Assembly (NCBI GenBank): GCA_036785375.1
Contig: JAWMAR010001270.1
Location: 186,001 to 250,000 of the forward strand
Length of the DNA stretch: 64,000 bases
Direction of reading: 5' to 3'
From: Leucoraja ocellata
Lineage: Eukaryota
Part shown: positions 22,230 to 34,231 of the stretch, piece by piece
Position numbering within the stretch: the stretch's first letter is position 1
Layout: each line of letters begins with the position of its first letter
The notes under the pieces: generated by a model
The model's input: the letters and a program-made list of their open reading frames with translations, nothing else
Told to the model about the DNA's origin: nothing
The model's database searches: none
Translations under genes and position numbers: made by a program

Positions 22230-22480
22230 TCACTTGGAAACAAAGTTGTGGCAAGATAATTACTGGATAATGCTAGATTGCAGGTACTTTTTTAATCTGA
22301 AATTAATCACGAAATATTGTGAATTCTAGGCGTCGAGGACAATCTGTGGAGAAAGAGAAACAGTAAATATTTCTATATTATCACAGAAATGATCAACTCG
22401 AGACGTTCTATTTCGCAATCTGACCTGTTGCAGGATTCCAGTCAATTCCACCGAACGGGAGAAAACAGTATTTTCTTGTT

Positions 22481-24862
22481 TTTTTTTTGTTTTTTTTTTA
22501 ATTTTATTAGAAGTTAATACATCACAAAACAGTACAGTGGCACCTAACTTTAGGTGCCAACTATGTAATACCGTAATCCATTCTATGTACAACCTCTAGT
22601 TTTATGTTATAAGAAGGAAGTAAGCAGGACAAGAAAAAGAAAACAATAGAAAGGGGAAAAAGTGGAAAAATAGATGGTAGAGAGTAGAAAAACGTGAAGT
22701 GTGTATATAAAAAATAAAAAAGGGAAGAGAGAAAGTGGAAAGTAGAAATAGAAGAGAAGGCCCCTTAAAAGAGAATTTTTCAAATCTGTATTCGGAGATG
22801 TAGCTCTATCCGCGTCATGAACTGAAATCAGCAATCCTTACGGTACCGCTGCATCACATGATTCCAAAAAGTCGATGAAAGGAGACCAACTCCTTAAGAA
22901 TTGGTCATATTTATCTATTAGTCGGAGTCTCATTTCTTCAAGGCGTGCTATGTCCATCATATTCCTGATCCACATTTTAACAGTTGGTGTGGTTGTATTT
23001 TTCCAAAATTTAAGTATCAATTTCTTTCCAATTATTAACCCATAATTAAAAAAAACCTTTTGATCTTTATTTAAATTGGTATCTTCTCCTATTATTCCAA
23101 ATATAATCCATTCCGTTTTGGGTTCTATTCTTGACTTGAAAATCTTTGTAAATATATCAAATATATCACTCCAAAATTTATTCAACTTTGTACATCCAAC
23201 AAATGAGTGTGTTATATTAGCGTTTTGAAACAAACATTTGTCGCATCTGGGAGAGACGTTTGGATAAAATTTATTCAACCTCGTTTTTGAATAATATAGT
23301 CTATGTAATAATTTGAATTGAATTAAATTATGTCTTGCATTAATAGAACAGTTATGTGTATTCATCAAATACTTTTCCCATCTATCCTTCGAGATCTTTA
23401 TCATTAGCTCTTGTTCCCAATCTTCCCTTAATGCTTCTGTTGAGGGTGATTCTCTATTTAATATATTATTATAAAAGTATGATATTAATTTTTGTGAATC
23501 AGCCTTAATATTCATTGCTTCTTCTAAAGGATCTAAAAATATAGTTTGAAATCTATGTGTATATTTCTTCATAAAGTCACATACCTGTATATATTTAAAA
23601 TATTGATTATCCTTCAATTTAAATTTAAATTTTAATTGTTGAAATGATAACAGTTTGCCCACTTCATACATATCCCCTACTTTCCTAATCCCCAGTCTAT
23701 CCCATTGTTGATATGTGTTGTCGATGAGAGAAGGTTTGAATGCGGGGTTGTTCAATAGTGGGGTTAGTACTGATAAATTATTTAATTTCAAGGATACTTT
23801 TATTTGTTTCCAAATTCTTATTATATTGTGAATAATTGGGTTCTTCTTATATATTATACTATTCAATTTTATCGGTGAGAGCAGGATCGTTCCTATATCG
23901 TGCGGATAGCACTCCTCTTTCTCCATTCTTATCCACTCCAACTGCTGAGTGGAACTATCCAGCCAGTATATTATGTTCTTAATATGCACTGCCCAGTAGT
24001 AATATATAAAGTTAGGTAATGATAAACCCCCAACTTCTTTAGATTTGCACAAATGCTTTCGTTGAGGAGGACAATGAAGAAATCTCAGTGGTCACGTTGG
24101 ATGCAGAGAAGGCATTTGATCAAGTAGAATGGCAGTATTTATACAAGGTACTCCAACAATTTAATATGGGAGAGAATTTTATTAGATGGATTAAACTACT
24201 TTATGATAGACCTACGGCAAGAATATTAACTAACAATACGCTATCTCCAAAATTTTACTTATCAAGGGGTAATAGGCAAGGGTGTGCCTTATCACCATTG
24301 CTATTTGCCCTTATGATAGAACCGCTGGCCGAAAGGATTAGAAATCACCCGAATATTCACGGATATAACAGCAAGGACTCAAAGAATACAATTTCATTAT
24401 ACGCTGATGATATCCTTTTATATATTACTAATACACAAACGAGTATACCCACCTTATTAACACTAATTGAGGAATTCGGCTCTTTTTCAGGATATAGAAT
24501 AAATTGGAATAAAAGCGAAATTATGTCTTTAAAACCACAGGATTCGAGACACTTACTAAAATTCCCCTTCAAAATTGCAACAGAAAAATTCAAGTACCTG
24601 GGTATTCAAATTACGAGAAGACACAAATCATTATTTAGTGCCAATTTTATACCACTATTAAATAAACTGAATGATACGATTAAATTTTGGAAAACGCTTC
24701 CACTCTCATTGATAGATAGAATTAACGCTATAAAAATGACTTTCTTACCACAATTAATATATTTGTTTCAAGCGATCCCAATATATATTCCAAAATATTT
24801 TTTCAAAAAATTAGATTCCACTATCACTAATTTTATATGGGACTACAGAACACATAGAATTC
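22481..24862 (-). mobile_element. L1/Tx1-clade LINE, 5'-truncated with 5' inversion
   Basis: Poly(T) tail at 22481; ORF2 C-terminus on - (22838-24065, with CxxC..H..C knuckle); RT segment on + (24066-24862, LYADD); TSD aacagtattttcttgtt at 22464-22480 and 24863-24879; empty site near 40250. Confidence 0.93.
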
Positions 24863-25150
24863 AACAGTATTTTCTTGTTAATGGCAATCCAACACATCTT
24901 GTCGAAAGGAGAATAAAAACGCAATCTAAACAATTATTCCCATCAGACATTGTTAATAATATTTGGAAAACGCATCTGCGATGACGTCATCAACAATGTA
25001 AGGGTCTAACGTTATGGAAAACAAAATTATGTTGCCCAAAGCTTTCTGCGCCTCCTGTTTACTAAATTCATCTAATTTAATGAAACTTTAAAAATATAGG
25101 AGCCATCTTGGAACCATTTAATCGAAGTTAAATTAATAATGCAAACATGA

Positions 25151-25836
25151 TTGAAGGTAGGCATGCAGGTGCAGCAGGCAGTAAAGAAAGCGAATGGTAT
25201 GTTGGCTTTCGTAGCAAAAGGATTTGAGTATAGGAGCAGGGAGGTTCTACTGCAGTTGTACAGGGTCTTGGTGAGACCACACCTGGAGTATTGCGTACAG
25301 TTTTGGTCTCCAAATCTGAGGAAGGACATTATTGTCATAGAGGGAGTGCAGAGAAGGTTCACCAGACTGATTCCTGGGATGTCAGGACTGTCTTATGAAG
25401 AAAGACATTGACTTTGTTTATACTCTCTACAATTTAGGAGATTGAGAGGGGATCTTATAGAAACTTACACAATTCTTAAGGGGTTGGACAGGCTAGATGC
25501 AGGAAGCTTGTTCCCGATGTTGGAGAAGTCCAGGACAAGGGGTCACAGCTTAAGGATAAGGGGGAAATCCTTTAAAACCGAGATGAGGAGAACTTTTTTC
25601 ACACAGAGAGTGGTGAATCTCTGGTACTCTCTGCCACAGAGGGTAGTTGAGGCCAGTTCATTGGCTATATTTAAGAGGGAGTTAGATGTGGCCCTTGTGG
25701 CCAAGGGGATCAGAGGGTATGGAGAGAAGGCAGGTACGAGATACTGAGTTGGATGATCAGCCATGATCATATTGAATGGCGGTGCAGGCTCGAAGGGCCG
25801 AATGGCACCTAATTTCTATGTTTCTATGTTTCTATG
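25151..25836 (+). mobile_element. CR1 LINE 3' fragment
   Basis: ORF2 C-terminus and (TTTCTATG)n tail. Confidence 0.9.
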
Positions 25837-26292
25837 ATCTTTTTCAGTATTCGCTTGCGGTATCACAATATTTTTTTCTATTAAACAATGGGAATATACC
25901 GATGCATTTCCTCAAAATGTGGCAAATAAAATTCTTCAAATCCGTTTTGTAAGATTATTATTGGTCCATTGTTGCAGAACAGCCCTTCGCTGACAGTAGC
26001 TTGTAAACATGCACAGAAATCCTTAATTTGTCAGATTTGCCGTGTACTGAGGTTTTCTCGAACTGCCGCTGGTTTATTTACACTGCTGTCTTCACTAAAA
26101 AAGAAACAACGTGCCGCTTTAAATCTGAGTCCAGTCTTCATTATCTTCAAGACCAGCATCACAAACCGGAATGTTCTTGTTGCAGCCCTTTGTTTGAACG
26201 GTTAATGTAGACAGACTTAAAACCCGAAATTACGCAATCTTTACATGGAAGTTCAAATAGAAGCCATTTACAGAAGCAGTTTTTTTAGCAAT

Positions 26293-26575
26293 AGTTTAGA
26301 GATACAGCGCGGAAACAGGCCCTTCGAGTCCGCGCCGACCAGCGATCACCCCGTACATTAGCACTATCCTGCACGCTAGGGACAATTTACAATCTTTACC
26401 GAAGCCAATCTTTACCGAAACATGTACGTCTTTGGAATGTGGGCGGAAACCGGAGCGCCCAGAGAAAACCCAAGCCAGTCACGGGACGAACGTACAAACT
26501 CCATACAGACAGCACCCGCAGTCGGGATCGAACCCAGGTCTCTGGCGCTGTAAGTGCAGCAACTCTACTACTGCG
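26293..26575 (-). mobile_element. tRNA-derived V-SINE (HE1-like); copies at 1-80 (partial) and 41475-41758
   Basis: B box GGTTCGATCC on the minus strand; same family as 21930-22229. Confidence 0.8.
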
Positions 26576-27741
26576 ATACGGTCCTGCCCGATTTCAGTAA
26601 TTTGAAAAATATCCAGAGAATTACTGTGTATATTTGGAATATTATGTCCTCCCATTGAACGGCACAAGGTCTCTAAGTGAGGCGCATCAAACATTTAAAT
26701 TACACGAAAATTACTTAACCATTTGGTCTACAACAGGTTTCTGCTCGTGCAATTTAATGTGTGTTCTGAAGCCAAAAATCATTGATTTGTGCAGAGGAAT
26801 GTGAGTATAACCACGATACGGGGAAAACATAAAGAGTTCAAACCGCCTCGCTCACCACGCTGGCTTCTTGCCTGTAGTCCAAACTTTAAGTAATCCTTCA
26901 TTTCTACGATTTTTAAAACAATACATTGGAGGAAATTATAAAATTAACAGTTTGGTTTAAATCTCCCTGATTTATATTGGCCCAATCGATTAATTTACAG
27001 CCCCTATTCTCCTGTATTGTGTGGATGTCAACAGCATAAGTTGATTGCTCTACTGGGCATTATCGGAAGAAAAAACATAGATTTCATTCATACGTTAGCT
27101 GTCGCGGCTTGGCGCCAATCTTCTGCTGGACTCCCCATAGAATATTGCTGCAATGGTGTTTATGAAAATAGTAGAAATATTAGTTAACAAAAACCAGCAT
27201 GGAGATTTGGTTTTGTAGGAATAGCAACCGGAGTTAGTGTTAAAAACGTCAGATGGAAACATAATCAATAGAAAGCTGCGGATGGCGATGGTGAGGGCTG
27301 AACAGGAAGAAACGAAAAGGGTGATTGTTGTTTGAATGCATATAATAGAAAGAGCGAAAGAGCACAACACAAATTGGGAAGGGGGGGGGGGAGATTCAAG
27401 GGAAGGTGGGTGTCTACGTTTGTGCATCTAAATATTCACATGCACTCCTTACCTTCTACGCGGAAACGATTTGTGACAATTAACTGAGTAGGCAGCTGAT
27501 GCATATTTAATTCCGAGTAAAAATCTGGATGCTACGGGAGGAAGTTGTGAACATGTTTCAGGAAGTATTGGAAGGCTTTGTTACAATGGGAATGGGCCGA
27601 ACTATGACCTCTTCCGCCGCACGAGCCACAGTCGTGGGATATATTACGTCACGGTCACGTTTCATATATTTACTCATAATTTCCTTTTCCGCAGAGCAAG
27701 TTTTGAGTAAACTAACAACGTTGGCAATTTATTCTTGTAAT

Positions 27742-30700
27742 ATGTCGGTGAAAGTTAGAGTTTGGTCCATGGTTCTTCTGGTCATACTAACGCAGGGTAT
27801 AGTTAAAATGTGTGCCATTTCTGGTCTAAGTATTATTTTACGAAAATTCGGACCTGGTTTCGAGCTATTATGATGGCGGACTGCGGGGGTGATGCGCCGT
27901 TGTGTATGGCTGCTCCTCCTGCAGTCCGTCCTTTCTCCCTTTTTTATTTTTATTTTTAGTCCTGTCCGTGGGAAATTTTAATTGGAAGTCTTCTTTTATG
28001 TGGTGGGTGGGGGGGAAGGGGAAAACTGTTTTAATTCCAGTCCTACCTGGTCGGAGATGCGATTTTCTTCCGAACCGCTTCTTCGTCCTCTCTGTGCGGC
28101 CTACCATCGAGCTGGAGCAGCGCTGGAGCGACGGTTTCCTGCCGGGACTGTAGCTTCGCCGGCGGTGCAGATGCTGGGACACCAACACCGACACGGAGCG
28201 GGCGATGCCTTACCGGGTCGCCTTCGGGTAAGCTCCGGGGCACTGGGAACGCCGACTGCAACATCACTGAGCTGCGGCTGCAGAGCGTCCAGCCGCGGGC
28301 GGGCGGCACTGGATTTCAACACCGCGGGGCCTGGTGTCCGAGTTCGCCAGTGTCAGAGGTCCGGCTAGCGCGGCCTGAGAACTTTGGACATTGCAGTCTT
28401 CAGGGAGGAAGTGGCCGCTTCAGTCCAGGCCGCTGAAGAATGTTCACCCGACGCCGATGATCCAGCTTCGCGGCAGAGGGCCTGAGAACATCGAGTTGGC
28501 TGAGGAGGCCACATATAGACCCCGACCTCGGGTGGACTATGAGGGGGAGAACTGGATATGTTTAGTGCCTTCCCTCACAGTGAATTTTGCTGTGGGGGGA
28601 CGTTTCATGTTGATTTCTATAGTGTACTGTTCTGTGTCTTTTTTCTTTTTTTTTGTTTTTGTTTTTATGGATTTATTGACATTTAATCTGTTCAATTAAT
28701 TTAATCAATCTCTGTAAAGCACTTTGGTTCAAATACTGGTTTTGTTGAAAAGTGCTATATAAATAAAGATTATTATTATTAGGTTCATCTATTAGGCCCT
28801 CGTGGGTTTATTGTTGTTTCGTGCTTTTCGACAGTTGGTTCCTGTATTCTCTGTCCAGTGTTTACAACTGTTTCAATTGTTCTTGCTTGTGTCCCGACAG
28901 CTACCGAAGTCTATCCGACCCGAGTGTCCCAATTCCCTGTCAACTTGGACGTTGGCGGCGGTGAACATGCTATCATGTATTGCAAATTTCCAATATCGAA
29001 ACGCAATATTAGCGTTAATTGGTGGAGGGGCGGCATGAAGACATTCCTTGAACCGGACAATAGAAAACAATTTACCATAGATTCTGGAAGCGGAACATTT
29101 ACTCTCCAACATGTGCGTGTAGCTGACTCCGGCCTGTATTACTGTCAAGTAAAGTTCCAGCAGCAGGTTATCGGAAATGGAAGTGGCAGCCTGATCACCG
29201 TATTTGGTGAGTGTGTGTGTTAGGGAAATAAGCAAGTTTCAGTTCTATGTCATTTGTAAAGTCTAGTCGCGAGGATAATATGAAAAATCGCCTGTTGATA
29301 AATATCCAGTAATAACAATTTTAAATTACAGGGACCAGTAATTCAAAATAAAACAAAGCACAATGGACATAATCACCAGGTCGAGTAGCACTTGTGGGAC
29401 GCGTGGGTATTGATGGTTATTCTGTTCATTGTACGATACTTTGCGAGACTCCTTTTCATTGCCGTTATGAATTTGCGCAGCCCTTTCATTTAGCGGTCCT
29501 GAATTTTAAGCCAATCTCCCAGATGGATTTATCGCTAAGAACGGGTAAATGCTGATATGGAAGGAATTCATTCTGAGGTGTGGTTAGAAATGTTTTGCAA
29601 TGAGATATTGAAATAATATTCCTGTTAGTTTGAGTGGCTGGAGTGTGATGTCCAGTTTTCTCATCACTAAGAAAAGAGAGTAGGAGCAATTTTAATACGT
29701 CGATGGTAGAGTCTGTCATGCCTCTATTCTACCTCGACAGCTTTAGAACCTCATAGTGCTGCTGCAACCCAAGGACCTTGGTCTTCCAACATGTGGGACT
29801 CATCGCTGCGGATTCCAAGCTGACTTCAATGAAATCTTTTTTCTTTTTTTTGAAATCGCTTGATACTAATTTTGTCAGGCATAACCTCAGTCTATTCAAC
29901 CAATGTGGCACCGTACGGGGGGAAAAAGAAGTAAACAACATCTCAAATGAAATTATTTAAAGTCCGGGAATAAACAGTAACATTTATTTCATCATTAAAG
30001 ATTATCCTGATTAAGTGAATTAAGTCAAGCTTTCTAAAGATTTGTAATAAACGGACAAAGCAACCCAACAATCAACTCCCCGTCCAGTTAGACACCGGCT
30101 GCAGCTCGTACGGAAGGAGTTCGCGTTAATAAATGCCAAATATAGGGCCTTTTACGTGCAGACCTAAATGAGTAGAATCTGCACAGCGAGAAACAGAGCT
30201 TGTTATTTTCCATCGTTTGGCTTCTGCAAGCTATCATCATTAACGCCGATCTAACGTTGTCGATTCACTGTCGCCAAGTTGGCACAACAGATGGAACTGA
30301 TTTGTATAGAGACACAAAATGCTGGAGTAACTCAGCGGGACAGGCAGCATCTCTGGGTAGGAGAAATGAGTGACGTTTGGGGTCGATACCCTTCTTCAAA
30401 CCTCGATCAGAAACGTCACCCATTCGTTATCCGAAGAGATGTTGCTGTTCGGTTTAAACCAGCTTTTGTAGTTCTTTCCTACATACTGACATAGAATAAG
30501 TGCGCTCGTAGATTGCTTGTAATATATACCACGGTGTTTTAATAAAAGCATTCAATGCGCGAGAAAGGGAGGTGTTCCAGCACTTGGTTGACATGCAGGT
30601 AAATGGTTGTGATCGGCATTTCAAACCCATATCTGGTTCTGGTTCTGGTTGATTACTGCGCAAACACCTCATGTGGTTATCTCACTGAGTAGAGTAGAGT

Positions 30701-33700
30701 AGTGATTAAGTATTGAAGTGGGTGTTTCTGACCAGGGCGAGGAGATTTAGTTCATATACTACTTAAAGTGCTAACGGGATTAAACATTAATCTTCATGTA
30801 TAACCGCTTCCTGTCACCACACTATACAAATCTGTTATATTTCGATTATGATGGCTCCATTTCTTTTGCAACATATGAATGATCCGAACATGGCCACTTT
30901 TAAATAATCACGGCAGGCTTCTGGCAAAAACTTTCGCGCGATACCGGGGAACGTCCATTCAGAACAGAGTTTATTTTGGAACTCCATAAATTCTGTTGGC
31001 ACTCCTTTAATTCACCCTCTTTGTATCTTGGTGGAGTTCGTCCGTGTGTCCGCTAGGAAAGGGAGTATAAATGAACGACAAACTGGGAAGTTTAAATATT
31101 AAATAATTTGGTCTTGACAAATACGACTCGGTGGCGAGATAAAATGTAATGGAAAGCGAACACCGATACTTTTTTTTTTCTTTGCTTAAGATCCCCCAAC
31201 TCCCTTGACAATTGTTCCTGCTGAAGGACTTGGCTCTCCACGGAAACTTGTGTGCAAAACTGGCGCCTTTTATCCGGAGAAATTAGAAATATTCTGGCTA
31301 AGAAATAACGAGGAAATTCGCACTGGAATCGAAACTGTGAAAAAACCGAGCGAAGAAGGATTGTTTGTGGCTACTAGTTCTTTGGAAATAACGCAGCCTG
31401 GGGAGGGCAAAGATATTTACACCTGTCTGGTATCACATGTCTCCCTGAAGGTGGCGGCCAGTTTCAGTTATACCCTGGGCCAAGGTAAGACTGGAGCCAG
31501 TTACACATGATATTGGGGCGGTAGATCAAATTCGATCAGATTAATAACAGGACAGCTTTCCGTACACGGAGCGAAAGGTAAATGTGGCTCGCATTTGTTC
31601 GCATGAAAGCAACACATGTATGCTGTATAAAATGAATTGCACTCCATTAGTTCTTGTAAGGAAATCCGTGTGAGATGAATTGACAAACTGAATTGATATA
31701 GTGTTTGTAATGAGCAAAAACGTCCTGGGATATGCGGTATTCCGCTGTCTGGTGAAATATATGAAGATAAAACCTAAATTCCGTTTAACGTTAGTAAGCA
31801 GCTCTCCGCACATGGGCACAATGCAATTGCATTTGTTTGTCCTGTGGATTCCATTACTAACTTCCACCTGGTGCCGCATGATATACCTTCCAAACTTTCC
31901 GATGTGGGTATTAAAATGCACCTACGAAATGATTTACCTTCTTGACTGCCGTTTGTATATTTGTTCTGAAATGTATAAATTCTTTACAGTTTCTTAATTT
32001 TCAGTTGCTTCATCAGGAATTGATCGCAAACAGATTATCGTATATGCAGTAGGTGGATCAGTACTTTTAATTCTGATTATAATCGTGATAAGACTCAGTT
32101 TAAAGATGTGGCCCGGTAAGAATCTTGATAATTTACAATAATCATTTCTATGGTTAAAAACAGCATGGATATGTCAATGGTGTTTGCTCAAAGAGATTTC
32201 TGAAGCCGGTTTTGATATATGTCTGTGATAATATATGATGGATCTTCAAATTCAATTATATCAGCTTGGAATTGGATTATTCAATTATCAGCTTTGCATA
32301 TATTTTCAAATATAAGGAATTATTCAAACATCCAGTGTGATGGATAATGAGTGCAATGGAAGATTACGATTTTGAAGAAAAAACAACTGTGGTTTTCTGT
32401 GGCAATGAACAAAACCAATCATCTCCTTATTTTTACATTACATTGCTGTTTTGACATGGACACAATTCCTTATAAACCATCACAATGTTAAAGTTTCAGT
32501 TAAGATTTAGGTCCAGTGGGCGCAACATCACGAAAGGGTACATAGGAACATAGAAAATAGGTGCAGGAGTAGGCCCGTGTTTATTCGTAATGAGAGAACA
32601 ATGTTTCAAAATCACAAATCAATCATGGAGCAAGAAGCTCAAAGGCTAATAAACCATTGAGGTGTTCTGTGTTATCGCTAAATTCCTAAATGTGTATATA
32701 TTTCAATATATTATATCATTCACGTTTTTCCTGTTTCTCTCTTGATCCATAAGTTGCAGATAAAAACCTAATTATCGGATGCGCAGTGGGTGTGTTGGCA
32801 GTTTTAGTTTTGGTCATTATCTTGATAAGACTACAATTAAAGGCACAAAATGGTGAGAATTATACATATTTTACACTATTCTCGGTATTAATCACAATGG
32901 TGGTTAAAAAAACCTAGGGCAGTAAATGCTATTCAATTGCAAAACAATAAAATAATTGAGAATAAAGCTGACCATTAACAATGACAAAAATATAACTCAA
33001 GATATAAATCTTACATCTTCCCATGTCAATGTTTCAATCGTCGTAAATTTTTGTTGTCTCCATCGGTTATTGAATTCACCGAAATTCGGTAGTGGCGCCG
33101 AAGCCGAGGGATATTAAGCAGAGTGCAGTGATAACACTTTCAATCTACCAAGTTTGCAATGGGGTCAAGGAACGAGCGTTCACGTCCGGCACTGCTTTCA
33201 CCAATCTTTCCACCACCACGCACTAGAAGCACAAGAAGCGCAAGGCAGACACCATTGTATGCAGATGCCTAGACGTGTGTTCAGCTCTGGTTGAACAACT
33301 TCTAATTTTGTGTGTGGTCTCGATAAGAAGAGTACACCATGTTGGATGATTTCAGCCCAAGGACAATATGAACAACTCTATTTCCTAGCGACCGTTGATT
33401 TCCTGACAATTGTGCAGGCAGGTTCAACGTAGAATTTACCCCATGAGAATATAGATTAAACGGTCTATCAGCGAATCTTAAAATTGTACTTTGCATTATC
33501 AGCATTTTTAATACGTAATATTAAATGTTTGCTACTTTAAATCTACTATTCGTCTGCCCCCTAAAGCAGATTCCATTTACGTTCATACAAATGATCGGCA
33601 ATAACGAAGAAAGCTAATGTTGTTCTGTGGGCCTGGAATGATTAGTAGCACCGAAGATCAACAATAAGTGAAATCAGGGAAAGGAAATTAATGAAGAATG

Positions 33701-34231
33701 GCAAAAAAAATCTGATAACAATTTCCTACTGGCAGATCACTGGAAGATCGCTAACTCAACTAAACAAAACTAAAAAACAGAATAATCCATCCCAGCAGTA
33801 GCGCGCAATGCAGTTTTAGAATAAACTACTGTTTTCTCAACTCATTAGAAGCAGTTCTCCAACTTGCAGTGAAGCACTTTTAATCCCGTGCCCGTGTATC
33901 ATTAAAGATGACGGATAGCAATTCCATATTTGTTTGCACGTTGGTGCAGTCTCATGGATGAGTATGAATCCTGAAATGTATATACATTCTCTATGAGACT
34001 GGTAGTATTTTGTTTCAAAATCGTATTATTTGTGCCACCAGAGGGTAATTGACTAATGGCCGATATAAATTACTTTCACAGACTAAAGATGATAGATTCT
34101 ACGTTGTATCATGTCGATTTGCAGTTACTCAACTCCAATCAGCAGTAACATTTAACCAGAAAGAGGAACATGTACCTTATGCAGATGGGAATGTTTTAAA
34201 GAAGGAGCGAAGTTGGAAATCGAAGCTGTAG
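27742..34231 (+). CDS. IgSF receptor gene 2 (leader-VJ-C1-TM-a/TM-c-tail-c), spliced
   Basis: Leader 27742-27796, V 28901-29206, C1 31191-31484, TM-a 32005-32115, TM-c 32754-32852, tail-c 34082-34231. Frames are open and splice sites are GT-AG. Confidence 0.8.
27871..28781 (+). mobile_element. Non-autonomous retroposon (~910 bp) in gene 2 intron 1
   Basis: Absent from genes 1 and 3. GC-rich body; 3' agcacttt..aaagtgctatataaataaa followed by (TTA)n; short tatta duplication. Confidence 0.8.
28901..29206 (+). CDS. Gene 2 VJ-type V exon
   Basis: Same boundaries as gene 1. Differs from gene 1 at 9 amino acids. Confidence 0.92.
31191..31484 (+). CDS. Gene 2 C1-set exon
   Basis: FYP, W and YTCLVSH motifs present; splice sites intact. 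Confidence 0.92.
32005..32115 (+). CDS. Gene 2 TM-a exon
   Basis: ttcttaattttcag|...G|GTAAG, 111 bp. Encodes ASSGIDRKQIIVYAVGGSVLLILIIIVIRLSLKMWP. Confidence 0.75.
32754..32852 (+). CDS. Gene 2 TM-c exon
   Basis: ccataag|...G|GTGAG. Encodes ADKNLIIGCAVGVLAVLVLVIILIRLQLKAQN. Confidence 0.8.
34082..34231 (+). CDS. Gene 2 putative terminal exon tail-c
   Basis: Same as 16489-16638 except that it ends WKSKL*. Confidence 0.55.
   Translation, partial: TKDDRFYVVSCRFAVTQLQSAVTFNQKEEHVPYADGNVLKKERSWKSKL

Larger units (their letters stand above)
15117..26495. repeat. Segmental duplicate, near-identical to 32697-41677
   Basis: Collinear apart from the L1 insertion and small indels. Confidence 0.95.
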
